From the NCBI GenBank assembly GCA_041749335.1, contig JBGTBM010000009.1:64179-128178 (forward strand): a stretch of DNA of 64,000 nt. Reading direction: 5' to 3'. This DNA comes from Patescibacteria group bacterium (GTDB lineage: Bacteria > Patescibacteriota > JABMPQ01). The translations under genes were made by a program, and so were the position numbers. The notes below the pieces were generated by a model, which saw only the letters and a program-made list of their open reading frames with translations, had not been told where the DNA came from and ran no database searches. This document shows positions 28,815-37,443 of this stretch, one piece after another. Each line of letters starts with the position of its first letter. Position 1 is the stretch's first letter.

Positions 28815-29972
28815 TTAATGAGGTAATTGTCTATACAAATCATTTATAAAACTTCTAAAAATTTCTAAGCTCTCCATTAAGTCTGTAGAATTTGCGCCTT
28901 CTTCAATAAAATTGAAATATTTAAATATTTTTTGAGGAGATATTTCATGGGTAATATAGCCAAAATCCCTAATCGAACTTTTTTCAATCAATTTTTTAAT
29001 TGATTTCTGATATGATTCTAAATATTCCGTAGAAATTCTATTAAATGGCAAATGCTTATCATAAACAGATATTCCAATATTCCCCTGATTTAAAAATTTT
29101 ACCGTTTCAGTCCAAAAAAATACCAGATATACCAAATCGTTTATATAATTTCTTTTTTTCTTAATTTCTCCTCCCAAATGGCTCTTATTATAATGCACAT
29201 GCGCATGAATAATTTTTGTATTAATTTTATCAATAAATTCTGTAATATGCTCAAAATTATGAATTTTTTCTTTACTTATCCTTCTCATTATTTCTGGATT
29301 GCACGCATTGGTATTCATATGCCCCCAATCAAAAGTTATTTTAAGATTTGGATGATTTATTTTGCTAAAAACATTTTCGAAATCAGTAAAATCATAAAAA
29401 ATCATTTTGCCTTCCGGCTTATAATCCATATTTTCTAAAGTAAGCACAACTTTTTTTTCTTGAGCATAATCAAGATGTGGATTAATATTTTCAATTACGT
29501 TTATTATCGCCTGTTCGCGACTAATTTCTTTTGGACAAAAACCCGGATGAAATACCAGTATTGGATCTTCTTGAGATAATTCACTAACTAAATCAATTTG
29601 CGCTCTTATTGCCGCAAATGTATCAGGATTTTTTTCTGCCAAATTCAAATAATATCCTCGCAAAGATTTCGGACAGCCCTCAAAACAACCATGAAATGTA
29701 TAAATCTTGATTCCGGAATTTATTATTAAGGCTTTTCTATGTTCGTTAACTCGCCAATACTCATCAAAAAGCCCCCATAGGGTTAATTCAATTCCATCGT
29801 AGCCATTGCTTTCAGCAAATATTATTTTTTCAGGTAAACTAAATCTTTTATTTCCAAACTTAAATTTCTTCAAAAATGGCAGCTCTACATTAATTATATC
29901 TGAAATAAAATGAGCCGGAACCGGAACTAGAGCCATGCTATCAATAAGATGCAATATTTTATCTTTTTTCAT
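28815..29972 (-). CDS. Xylose-isomerase-like TIM barrel (AP endonuclease 2 / sugar phosphate isomerase-epimerase family)
   Basis: GYDGIEL, VFHPG, LTLENM, TFDWGH, HAHVH, DKHLP, HE metal-ligand pattern. Confidence 0.75.
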   Translation of the reverse strand: MKKDKILHLIDSMALVPVPAHFISDIINVELPFLKKFKFGNKRFSLPEKIIFAESNGYDGIELTLWGLFDEYWRVNEHRKALIINSGIKIYTFHGCFEGCPKSLRGYYLNLAEKNPDTFAAIRAQIDLVSELSQEDPILVFHPGFCPKEISREQAIINVIENINPHLDYAQEKKVVLTLENMDYKPEGKMIFYDFTDFENVFSKINHPNLKITFDWGHMNTNACNPEIMRRISKEKIHNFEHITEFIDKINTKIIHAHVHYNKSHLGGEIKKKRNYINDLVYLVFFWTETVKFLNQGNIGISVYDKHLPFNRISTEYLESYQKSIKKLIEKSSIRDFGYITHEISPQKIFKYFNFIEEGANSTDLMESLEIFRSFINDLYRQLPH

Positions 29973-30027
29973 AAATATTCATTACATAAATAAAATAAGC
30001 CAGATTTAAGATAATATCAAGATAACT

Positions 30028-30051
30028 AAAAAGCCCCTTATTTTGGGCTTT
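30028..30051 (-). terminator. Intrinsic terminator after the Gld-type ABC operon
   Basis: AAAGCCC-loop-GGGCTTTT(T) hairpin just past the DUF4340 stop. Confidence 0.6.
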
Positions 30052-30056
30052 AATAT

Positions 30057-30584
30057 TTAATCTTCCTTAAGTATTTCATCATCTACCCTCAATCTACTTT
30101 CAAACATGGAGTCTACCAAATATATTTTATTATTTAGAGAAGTTTTAATATATGCTTTTGTTTGTTGAGGATTTAAATTTCCAATAATCAACGAAATTTC
30201 TTCATCGCTATTTTTAGTGAATATTATTTCAGTTGTTGGATTATCTAGCCCATATTCAGCCAAATTATCTGATTCAAATTTCTGTTCAGACTCCGCATTA
30301 TTCACTTCAGTTATTATATCACTTATTTTTTGCTGGCGCGCCTTATATTTTATTGGTTTGATTATTTTCCAATCCTCTCCATCTTTTTTGACTATAGTCT
30401 CCTTATTATCATAAGAGAATTTTATCTGTTTAATTTCACTTTCTTCAATTTGAATAATTTGATAAGTTTCTATTTCTTCCGGGTCCTTTACAAGACGATC
30501 TTTTTCATAAAAATAAACAAATAAGAACAATACTGCAAAAATTGCGATTAATATGTATGTAGTTCTAAATTTTTTTGATGACAT
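30057..30584 (-). CDS. DUF4340-like membrane-anchored protein
   Basis: N-terminal TM; W.I.KP..YKA, LAEYGLDNP, LIIG..NP...AY, IYLV; follows gldG-like gene. Confidence 0.8.
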   Translation of the reverse strand: MSSKKFRTTYILIAIFAVLFLFVYFYEKDRLVKDPEEIETYQIIQIEESEIKQIKFSYDNKETIVKKDGEDWKIIKPIKYKARQQKISDIITEVNNAESEQKFESDNLAEYGLDNPTTEIIFTKNSDEEISLIIGNLNPQQTKAYIKTSLNNKIYLVDSMFESRLRVDDEILKED

Positions 30585-30590
30585 TGTAAT

Positions 30591-32075
30591 TTATCTTTTC
30601 GTTTTTCTTTTGCGATCCATCCAAACTCCGATACCAATAATAATTATAATTAAGGGCATGCCGATTACCGTCAAATAGAAAATTAATTTTGATTGTGAAC
30701 CGGTTAAGGTTACTGTCCTTTGCTCTTCTTGTTTTGGCCTGATTGATATAAGATCCTCTTCTTCTGCCAACCAATTTATTGAATTTATAAAAAGGTCAAA
30801 ATTACCCAAGGAATTAGCAAAAATATTATTAGCAAAATCGGAATCTCCCATTACTACAATTCTCGGACTATTATTTTCCGTTTCTTTCTTTTCCTCGGAA
30901 TCAGCCTGTTCCTCTTCTTTATTTATGCCTTGGACCGCTAAAGCGATCGAAATAGGACCTTTCACATCTTGACCTTCATTGTATTTAGCCTTGCCCGATG
31001 TCAATTCTTTTTCCAACCAAGAATCACTTGAAGTTTTGGCTAAGGGCTGGACTTCCACATTTTTTGGATGTTCGGCCGCCTGATCTACCTTGGCTACACC
31101 GGAAAAAAACGCCGGGGATATACTAGAGGTAATCTGATGATTTTCCCATTTTTCAATCACTGGACTGCCGACATCCGTCCAAAAATATTTTGCGGGATCA
31201 ATCACGACGCCGTCCTCAATCTCCACTCCCCATTTATACAATAGATCACTTAAATTTGATTTTGATTTTATCTCGGTTGACGGATCAATCAGTGCCATCA
31301 TCTTTCCACCATCATCTAAATATTTTCGCAGTAAATCCTGCTCTTTATCGAGAACCTTCTCCTTGGGTCCGGCGATAACTATTACATCAGCATCTTCTGG
31401 TATTTTTTTCTCTGTAATTAAAGATAGCTTTTTTACCACATATCCTTCTCGCTCTAATAAATCTTTAATTGTTGCATAGCCTAACTCCGTCATTGCATCA
31501 ATATCCTTTTCATTATGGCCTGATAAGAAGTATATCGACTTGATTTCATCGCGTGATAATTTTAAAAGGCTGGAAGTGATATCGGCTTCGGAGTAAGTCA
31601 AGGCCTGTTCTTTTTTATCTCCTTGCTCAAAAATCAGCGTGCCATATCTGGTAATGCCAAATTTTAATGCTTCGGCCGGTTTTACATCGGGATCAATAAA
31701 TTCAATAGAAATTTTATTATTTTTTGCCTTATATTCATTAATCAAATCTTCAACTTCTCCTCTTTGTGAATTATTGGTTTGAAAAAATCCGATAATTTTT
31801 ATATCTTCATCAATATTATTCAAAACTTTTAAAGTTTGATCCGATAGTGAATACTTTTTTATTTTAGTTAAATCCCAACGGATAGATTCCTTTTGAGCGA
31901 TAAAATTCACTAAAATCAATATCCCCAACATAACCACTAAAGCTAAAAAGGTATTGCTACCGTATTTTGTCTGGCGCAAGCCTAAAAGCTTAATAAGCCA
32001 TTTAAACTTAAAAAACTCTTTCACCTTTGTGGCCTTGCCGGTCTTTTTTTCAATTATTTCTGTTTTTTCTTCCAT
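30591..32075 (-). CDS. GldG-family ABC transporter auxiliary component
   Basis: RWDLTKIKKYSLSDQT, FIDPD..P, YFLSGHNE, VIAGP, YLDDGGK, VVMGDSDF, NSINWL...LISIRPK; TM at each end. Confidence 0.9.
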   Translation of the reverse strand: MEEKTEIIEKKTGKATKVKEFFKFKWLIKLLGLRQTKYGSNTFLALVVMLGILILVNFIAQKESIRWDLTKIKKYSLSDQTLKVLNNIDEDIKIIGFFQTNNSQRGEVEDLINEYKAKNNKISIEFIDPDVKPAEALKFGITRYGTLIFEQGDKKEQALTYSEADITSSLLKLSRDEIKSIYFLSGHNEKDIDAMTELGYATIKDLLEREGYVVKKLSLITEKKIPEDADVIVIAGPKEKVLDKEQDLLRKYLDDGGKMMALIDPSTEIKSKSNLSDLLYKWGVEIEDGVVIDPAKYFWTDVGSPVIEKWENHQITSSISPAFFSGVAKVDQAAEHPKNVEVQPLAKTSSDSWLEKELTSGKAKYNEGQDVKGPISIALAVQGINKEEEQADSEEKKETENNSPRIVVMGDSDFANNIFANSLGNFDLFINSINWLAEEEDLISIRPKQEEQRTVTLTGSQSKLIFYLTVIGMPLIIIIIGIGVWMDRKRKTKR

Positions 32076-32084
32076 AATATATTT

Positions 32085-32795
32085 TTATTTCCATTTTCTT
32101 ACTTCAATAGCTTTTATACTGGCAAATAGCCAAAAAACTACAAAACTAAGATAATAAGACAAATTTTTAATATCCACCACTCCTTTAATAAAATCATCCA
32201 AGTGCGTTGAAAGCGCCAAATAATTTAACAAATTTTGCATACTTTCACCAACATAACCGGCTAGCCAATTTAAAATCCACAAAAGTAAAACAAAAGAAAA
32301 TCCAATCACGGCTGAAATTATTTGATTTTCGGTTAAAGTGGAAGCAAATATTCCCAAGGCAATAAAAGCCATCCCGCACATAAATACTCCGATATAAGAT
32401 GTAATAATCGGTCCGATATCCGGGTTTCCATATTTAAATAATATTAAAACATATACCAAAGTAGATAAAAGCATTAAGCCAAATAACGATAAAGCGGCAA
32501 AAAACTTACCTAAAACCACTTCAAAATCTTTGACGGGTTTAGTCATAAGAATTTCCAGCGTTCCTAGCTTTTTTTCTTCCGCGAAAAGCTTCATGGTAAT
32601 AAGCGGAATCAAGAACAGCAGGGTAATAATCATATTGTAAGCCACGCCGGTTAACGATGCCTCTTTGGTAACAAATAAAATCGCGGAAAAGAAATATCCA
32701 CATAAAATCAGAAACAACACAAAAACCACATACGCGATCGGAGATGTAAAATACGACCTTAATTCCTTATATGCGATTGTTAGAATATTTTTCAT
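32085..32795 (-). CDS. ABC-2 permease (GldF-like)
   Basis: KELRSYFTSPIAY, PLITMKLFAEEKKLGTLEILMTKP, VLGKF, LTENQIISA. Confidence 0.93.
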   Translation of the reverse strand: MKNILTIAYKELRSYFTSPIAYVVFVLFLILCGYFFSAILFVTKEASLTGVAYNMIITLLFLIPLITMKLFAEEKKLGTLEILMTKPVKDFEVVLGKFFAALSLFGLMLLSTLVYVLILFKYGNPDIGPIITSYIGVFMCGMAFIALGIFASTLTENQIISAVIGFSFVLLLWILNWLAGYVGESMQNLLNYLALSTHLDDFIKGVVDIKNLSYYLSFVVFWLFASIKAIEVRKWK

Positions 32796-32810
32796 TTAAT
32801 ATTTAATCTA

Positions 32811-33746
32811 TTATTCTTTAGTGGTTAGTTTTAAGAAAATTTCCTCCAGGCCTAAGACTTCTCGGCGCATTTCCAACAGATGCCAATTGTTGCCGACTAC
32901 CACTTGAGCCAGCTTGCTTCTTACGTCTATATTTTTTTGTGATTCTACCTCTATATCAATCAAATCACCTTGATGCATTTTTAGTATATTTACATTTATA
33001 ACGCCATCAATTCCGGTCAATATAGTTTTTATGCTATCTCCGGGGCCTTTGATGGTAAGTAAAACTTTGGCAACTCCCGAAACTTTATTTTCCAAATTAT
33101 CCGGTGTATCTTCAGCCACAATCTTACCGCGTGAAATAATTATCACCCGAGAACAAGTAACAGACACCTCCGGCAAAATATGGGTGCTCAAAATAATGGT
33201 CTTTTCTTTACCTAAATTTTTTATAAGTTCTCTGATTTCGATAATTTGCTTGGGGTCAAGCCCGATTGTCGGCTCATCCATAATTAAATATTCCGGATCG
33301 CCAATTAAGGCTTGCGCGATACCAACACGCTGTTTATATCCCTTTGATAAGCTTTTAATCCTCGATCTTTTCACTTCATCCAAGCCGCAAACTTCAATAA
33401 TTTTTTTAAGATGCTTGGGTTTTTTTTCTTTAGCTACATTTTTTAAGCTAGCGATAAACTTTAAAAAATCCTCCACGTCCATATCAAGATAAATGGGATT
33501 ATTTTCTGGGAGATAGCCAATCATTTTTCTGATTGCCAAAGAATCTTCTAATATATTATATCCGCCAATTTTCACTACACCGCTGGTCGGCGGAAAGTAT
33601 CCGGTTAAAATACGCATTGTAGTAGTTTTGCCCGCGCCGTTAGGCCCTAGAAAACCGACTACTTCCCCCTTCTCAACTTTAAAAGACACTTTGTCAAGCG
33701 CCTGAAAACTGCCATATTTTTTTGATAAATCCTTAACTTCAATCAT
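32811..33746 (-). CDS. ABC transporter ATP-binding protein (GldA-like)
   Basis: GPNGAGKTT, LSKGYKQRVG, IMDEPTIGLDP, STHIL. Start placed at ATG 33746. Confidence 0.95.
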   Translation of the reverse strand: MIEVKDLSKKYGSFQALDKVSFKVEKGEVVGFLGPNGAGKTTTMRILTGYFPPTSGVVKIGGYNILEDSLAIRKMIGYLPENNPIYLDMDVEDFLKFIASLKNVAKEKKPKHLKKIIEVCGLDEVKRSRIKSLSKGYKQRVGIAQALIGDPEYLIMDEPTIGLDPKQIIEIRELIKNLGKEKTIILSTHILPEVSVTCSRVIIISRGKIVAEDTPDNLENKVSGVAKVLLTIKGPGDSIKTILTGIDGVINVNILKMHQGDLIDIEVESQKNIDVRSKLAQVVVGNNWHLLEMRREVLGLEEIFLKLTTKE

Positions 33747-33821
33747 TAAAATATTTAAGCTTGTTATATTAAAATAATACATTAAAAAAATAAGTCAAAC
33801 CAATAACTGTGGAAAAGCAAC

Positions 33822-35150
33822 TTATTTTTTGTCTTTTCGACTATCTAATTTTTTTTTTATAAAAATACCAAAAAATATCACCGCCATAAATCCTAAAGTT
33901 CCTACTATTATTCTCATCACCCAAGAAGTAAATTCCGGTACCGCCGGTCCTCCCGGCGCGTCTTCTTGTCCAATAATGGCGGTACCATAATTTGAATTTC
34001 CGCCATCACTATATGTTATAATAAATAGCTGGGAAGTGTTGGGAATATAAGAAATATGATTGTATTGAGTTGTACTTGAATTATAAACACTGGCTAAACC
34101 ATGAGATATTACATCATTAGTAACAATACCGGTTATTGAAGTTCCATATGAACTATTTCCTACATCCGTATAAGCCACATTAATAGTGTATTCATTGAGG
34201 GCCGCAACATCGATATGGTCAGTTGCGGCATCATTAAATTTATCTCTGGTTCCAAAAATAATTGAATTGCCAGACACTTCACCAATAATTGAATAACCTC
34301 TACTTAAATCCGCATTATCACTATATGAGATAACGAATTTATTATCATTTAATTTATCAATCATCTCTCGCTGAACAGCTCCAGTGTCAAAAACTGTTTC
34401 CGATCCTCCGAATGTTATAACATTACCCGAGACAGTGCCAATTTTAGCCGCTCCATCGCTTGTTGCTTCTAAATCATGATATGCAACGACGAACTTAAAA
34501 TTCGAATCTTCAACTAAGGAGGCGACAACGTTTCGATCAACGCCCGCTCCGGCATCTTTATGTTTTACTGGTGACCCAAAAGTTATTATTTTGTTTGAAA
34601 CATCAGTGATATCCCCAATTACCGAATAACCATCACCGTCAGAAGTTTGCTTATAAGTCACAACAAATTTTGTATCTGATAATCGATCAACGTGTGGCTC
34701 AACTACAGCTACGCCGGGACTAGTACCCCATTTATATTCACTACCTACAGTTAGAGTGCCAGCGCTAATACTTCCGTATACCGCCGTACCATAATCATAA
34801 CTCCCCATATCATTATATACTATTACAAAACTCGTATCTGTTAATCTGGCTATTTGAATATATCCCGTATTAGCATTATTGAATGTTACAACGGTAGAGC
34901 AAGAAGTTATCGTTGTTCCCGTATGATCACAATAGCGAACAGTGCCAGTTCTAACAACTGAACCCGATCTAACAGCTGCAACAAAACGACCATCGTATAG
35001 CGCGGTAACATCATTCTGATATGTAGTAGCGGTTCTTATAACCATTTCACTACCAAAATTTAAAGCAGCTTTAGTATGATTCATAGTAAATAAAATTGCG
35101 GATAAACTGATAATGCAAATAATTACGCTAATTTTTCTAAAATATTTCAT
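33822..35150 (-). CDS. Secreted repeat (putative beta-propeller) surface protein with PEF-CTERM-like sorting signal
   Basis: Signal peptide (MKYFRK..hydrophobic..TKA/A); about 6-7 repeats of ~50 aa, FV(I/V)xYxD...G...(I)G.(V)S...I.FG; C-terminal PGGPAVPEF, TM helix, KKKLDSRKDKK. Confidence 0.85.
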   Translation of the reverse strand: MKYFRKISVIICIISLSAILFTMNHTKAALNFGSEMVIRTATTYQNDVTALYDGRFVAAVRSGSVVRTGTVRYCDHTGTTITSCSTVVTFNNANTGYIQIARLTDTSFVIVYNDMGSYDYGTAVYGSISAGTLTVGSEYKWGTSPGVAVVEPHVDRLSDTKFVVTYKQTSDGDGYSVIGDITDVSNKIITFGSPVKHKDAGAGVDRNVVASLVEDSNFKFVVAYHDLEATSDGAAKIGTVSGNVITFGGSETVFDTGAVQREMIDKLNDNKFVISYSDNADLSRGYSIIGEVSGNSIIFGTRDKFNDAATDHIDVAALNEYTINVAYTDVGNSSYGTSITGIVTNDVISHGLASVYNSSTTQYNHISYIPNTSQLFIITYSDGGNSNYGTAIIGQEDAPGGPAVPEFTSWVMRIIVGTLGFMAVIFFGIFIKKKLDSRKDKK

Positions 35151-35151
35151 T

Positions 35152-36009
35152 TTATAGGGTTATTAACATAGCAATTATAAATCCAATCGCCGCGCCTCCT
35201 GCGATAGGAGGCAGAGCTGCCATCGCTTGAGCATTTTTAGCATATTTTTGATACAAATTTATTACTATCAATCCCGCAAAAGCGCCAACAATAATTAATA
35301 TCGAATGCAACATGCCAAACTTTAAAGCCGATACTGAAAATACGATTGGGAAAGCTAGATCCCCCGTACCTAAAAACAAGAAATGATCGCCGGGCTTTGC
35401 TTTGTCCATATTGGCAAAAAGCAATCTTATTTTATTGGGGATTATAATAGAAAACATTGCTCCCTTTTCCGCCATCTTAGTAAACATTTCCACCATATGG
35501 CCGGTTTTATGCACCGCAATAAAATCATATATAACCAGAATAAGTAGAATTATTAAAGTCTGTGTGACCGATAAGCCTAAACCTAAATATGAACTAATAC
35601 CGATAATGGATAAAATCAATGTCAAATTGTGTAAAAATACATTCTTTTTATAATACCTTATTATAATTAATATCGTAGTCAAAAGCAAATTAATTTCTAG
35701 AGGTATAAAAACATCAAAAAAAGTTAAAATTCCAAAAAACAGCAAGAAATAAAAAATTAATTTAAAAAATGTTTCCTTTTTTGCATATTTTATCAATAAT
35801 AAAAGTAAGGCAGTACCAATTGAAAAGGAAATTATAAAATTAAGAATCGAGATATCCTGTTCTTCAATAATCTGTCTCACTTCTTCAATATTAAATAAAA
35901 CATAGCCAATATATAATCCTAAAAACTGTGTAATCAAAAATGAGACTGTTTCAATTATGACAAATGGCATGTTGTATTTGTTTTTTTGTTTTTTTGTTTT
36001 CTTTTTCAA
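35152..36009 (-). CDS. Presenilin/SPP-like (A22) GxGD intramembrane aspartyl protease
   Basis: Nine hydrophobic segments; VIYDFIAVHKTGHM (YD), FLGTGDLAFP (GxGD), MAALPP (PAL-like). Confidence 0.9.
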   Translation of the reverse strand: MKKKTKKQKNKYNMPFVIIETVSFLITQFLGLYIGYVLFNIEEVRQIIEEQDISILNFIISFSIGTALLLLLIKYAKKETFFKLIFYFLLFFGILTFFDVFIPLEINLLLTTILIIIRYYKKNVFLHNLTLILSIIGISSYLGLGLSVTQTLIILLILVIYDFIAVHKTGHMVEMFTKMAEKGAMFSIIIPNKIRLLFANMDKAKPGDHFLFLGTGDLAFPIVFSVSALKFGMLHSILIIVGAFAGLIVINLYQKYAKNAQAMAALPPIAGGAAIGFIIAMLITL

Positions 36010-36062
36010 TTGCCTATTTAAATTGATATAAATTCTGAGAAAATTTTATTGTCTTATTAGTT

Positions 36063-36091
36063 AATATAGTAAGACCTTCGGTATTTAGCAA
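36063..36091 (-). promoter_or_regulatory. Putative sigma70 promoter of the protease / surface-protein pair
   Basis: TTGCTA-17 nt-TATATT on - strand, about 55 nt upstream of the protease start. Confidence 0.5.
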
Positions 36092-36296
36092 GTTAATTTT
36101 CTTTTTATCTTCTTGATTTTATTTAATGATCTCTCTATTGAATTTTACTGTATAATACTATGAAATTTTAATATTACCAACATTACTGCTAAGAATTCGT
36201 AACTACCCTGGATATAGCAGGATTACCTATATAAACAACAATTTCAAATAACCTCGTCCTAAATAAATTTTATCAATAAATAAAAAAACCAATAAT

Positions 36297-37208
36297 TTAT
36301 TCGTCCTGCTTTTCATAAATTTTTTCCTGAGCAATTTTGATCACTTCCGGCAAAATATCAATAACATCAGAAGCAATTACAGATTTTTCACCAATTTTTT
36401 CTGTCGCAACATCTCCCGCCAAACCATGTAAATATACTGCGGTGGAAGTTGCGTCAAAGGGTTTTTTAATATTATCAGCCCAGAATGCCGCTATTACCCC
36501 CAGCAAAACATCGCCGGTTCCGGCAGTAGCAAGAGACGGTCCGCCGGTCATATTAATTATGGTGCGGCCATCGGGATACGCAATTACGGTATGATACCCC
36601 TTTAATACCAATATCACCTTCCATTCCTTGGCATATCTACGGGCAATGCCATCTCGATCATTTTGAATTTCATTAATGGATAGGCCGCTTAGATTTGACA
36701 TCTCGCCAGGATGAGGAGTAATAATGGTCTTTTTAATTCTTTTTTTTAAAATACCAGCATTATTTTTTAAAGCGTTTAGAGCATCCGCGTCTATTACCAG
36801 CGGTTTTTGGACCTTGAGAATAAAATTCCTTATTAGCTGCGCAGTATCTTTATTTTGAGATAATCCGGGGCCGATTGCCACTACATCATATCCTTTTGAT
36901 TTTTTAATCAATAAATCCAATGCCTCTTCGCTCAACGTGCCCGCCTTTGTTTGGAGACACGGCACTGTTGTTACTTCTAAAAGCAATTCTCGATAAATAT
37001 TAGCCAATTTTTCCGGAAATGCCAAAGTAACATATCCCGCTCCGGAACGCATAGCCGCCTTAGCGGTAAGCGCAGCCGCACCGGTCATATTGCGAGACCC
37101 TGCGATAATAAATACTTTCCCGCAGGCTTTTTTATGAGTATTTTTTGATCTTTTGCCAAGAATCTGTGGAAAAAGTATCCGATCTTGATTAATGGGTTCT
37201 ACATGCAT
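36297..37208 (-). CDS. nnrD: ADP-dependent NAD(P)H-hydrate dehydratase
   Basis: HK...G.V.IIAGS..MTGAA, AIGPGL, VIDADAL, ITPHPGEM, LKG, LATAGTGDVL.G, HGLAGD. Confidence 0.95.
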   Translation of the reverse strand: MHVEPINQDRILFPQILGKRSKNTHKKACGKVFIIAGSRNMTGAAALTAKAAMRSGAGYVTLAFPEKLANIYRELLLEVTTVPCLQTKAGTLSEEALDLLIKKSKGYDVVAIGPGLSQNKDTAQLIRNFILKVQKPLVIDADALNALKNNAGILKKRIKKTIITPHPGEMSNLSGLSINEIQNDRDGIARRYAKEWKVILVLKGYHTVIAYPDGRTIINMTGGPSLATAGTGDVLLGVIAAFWADNIKKPFDATSTAVYLHGLAGDVATEKIGEKSVIASDVIDILPEVIKIAQEKIYEKQDE

Positions 37209-37258
37209 TATTGTTTTATATTTTTTTCAGAATAATTATAACATAAATACATACTATT

Positions 37259-37432
37259 TTATATTGTATCATTTTCTTGTTCAGACTCATTTTTAATTTC
37301 TTGTTCTTCTGCCACTTTTGGATTTAGATCTTCTTTTTTTTCAAAAAAAGGAGCGATAATATAAACTCCCAGCAGCGATAGTGCGGTTATAAAAAAAATT
37401 ACCGGCAATGCTTTTAAAATAATTTTTCTCAT
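37259..37432 (-). CDS. Small membrane-anchored protein (57 aa) with acidic tail
   Basis: Below ORF-track cutoff; MRKIILKALPVIFFITALSLLGVYIIAPFFEKKEDLNPKVAEEQEIKNESEQENDTI*; starts 11 nt after the upstream stop. Confidence 0.6.
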   Translation of the reverse strand: MRKIILKALPVIFFITALSLLGVYIIAPFFEKKEDLNPKVAEEQEIKNESEQENDTI

Positions 37433-37443
37433 AATATTAACAA

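Noticed and set aside
36100-36290. Possible small RNA or riboswitch between nnrD and the protease (short CCTG/CAGG hairpin near 36200-36228)
   Set aside because: Weak hairpin, no recognised family motif and no credible ORF.
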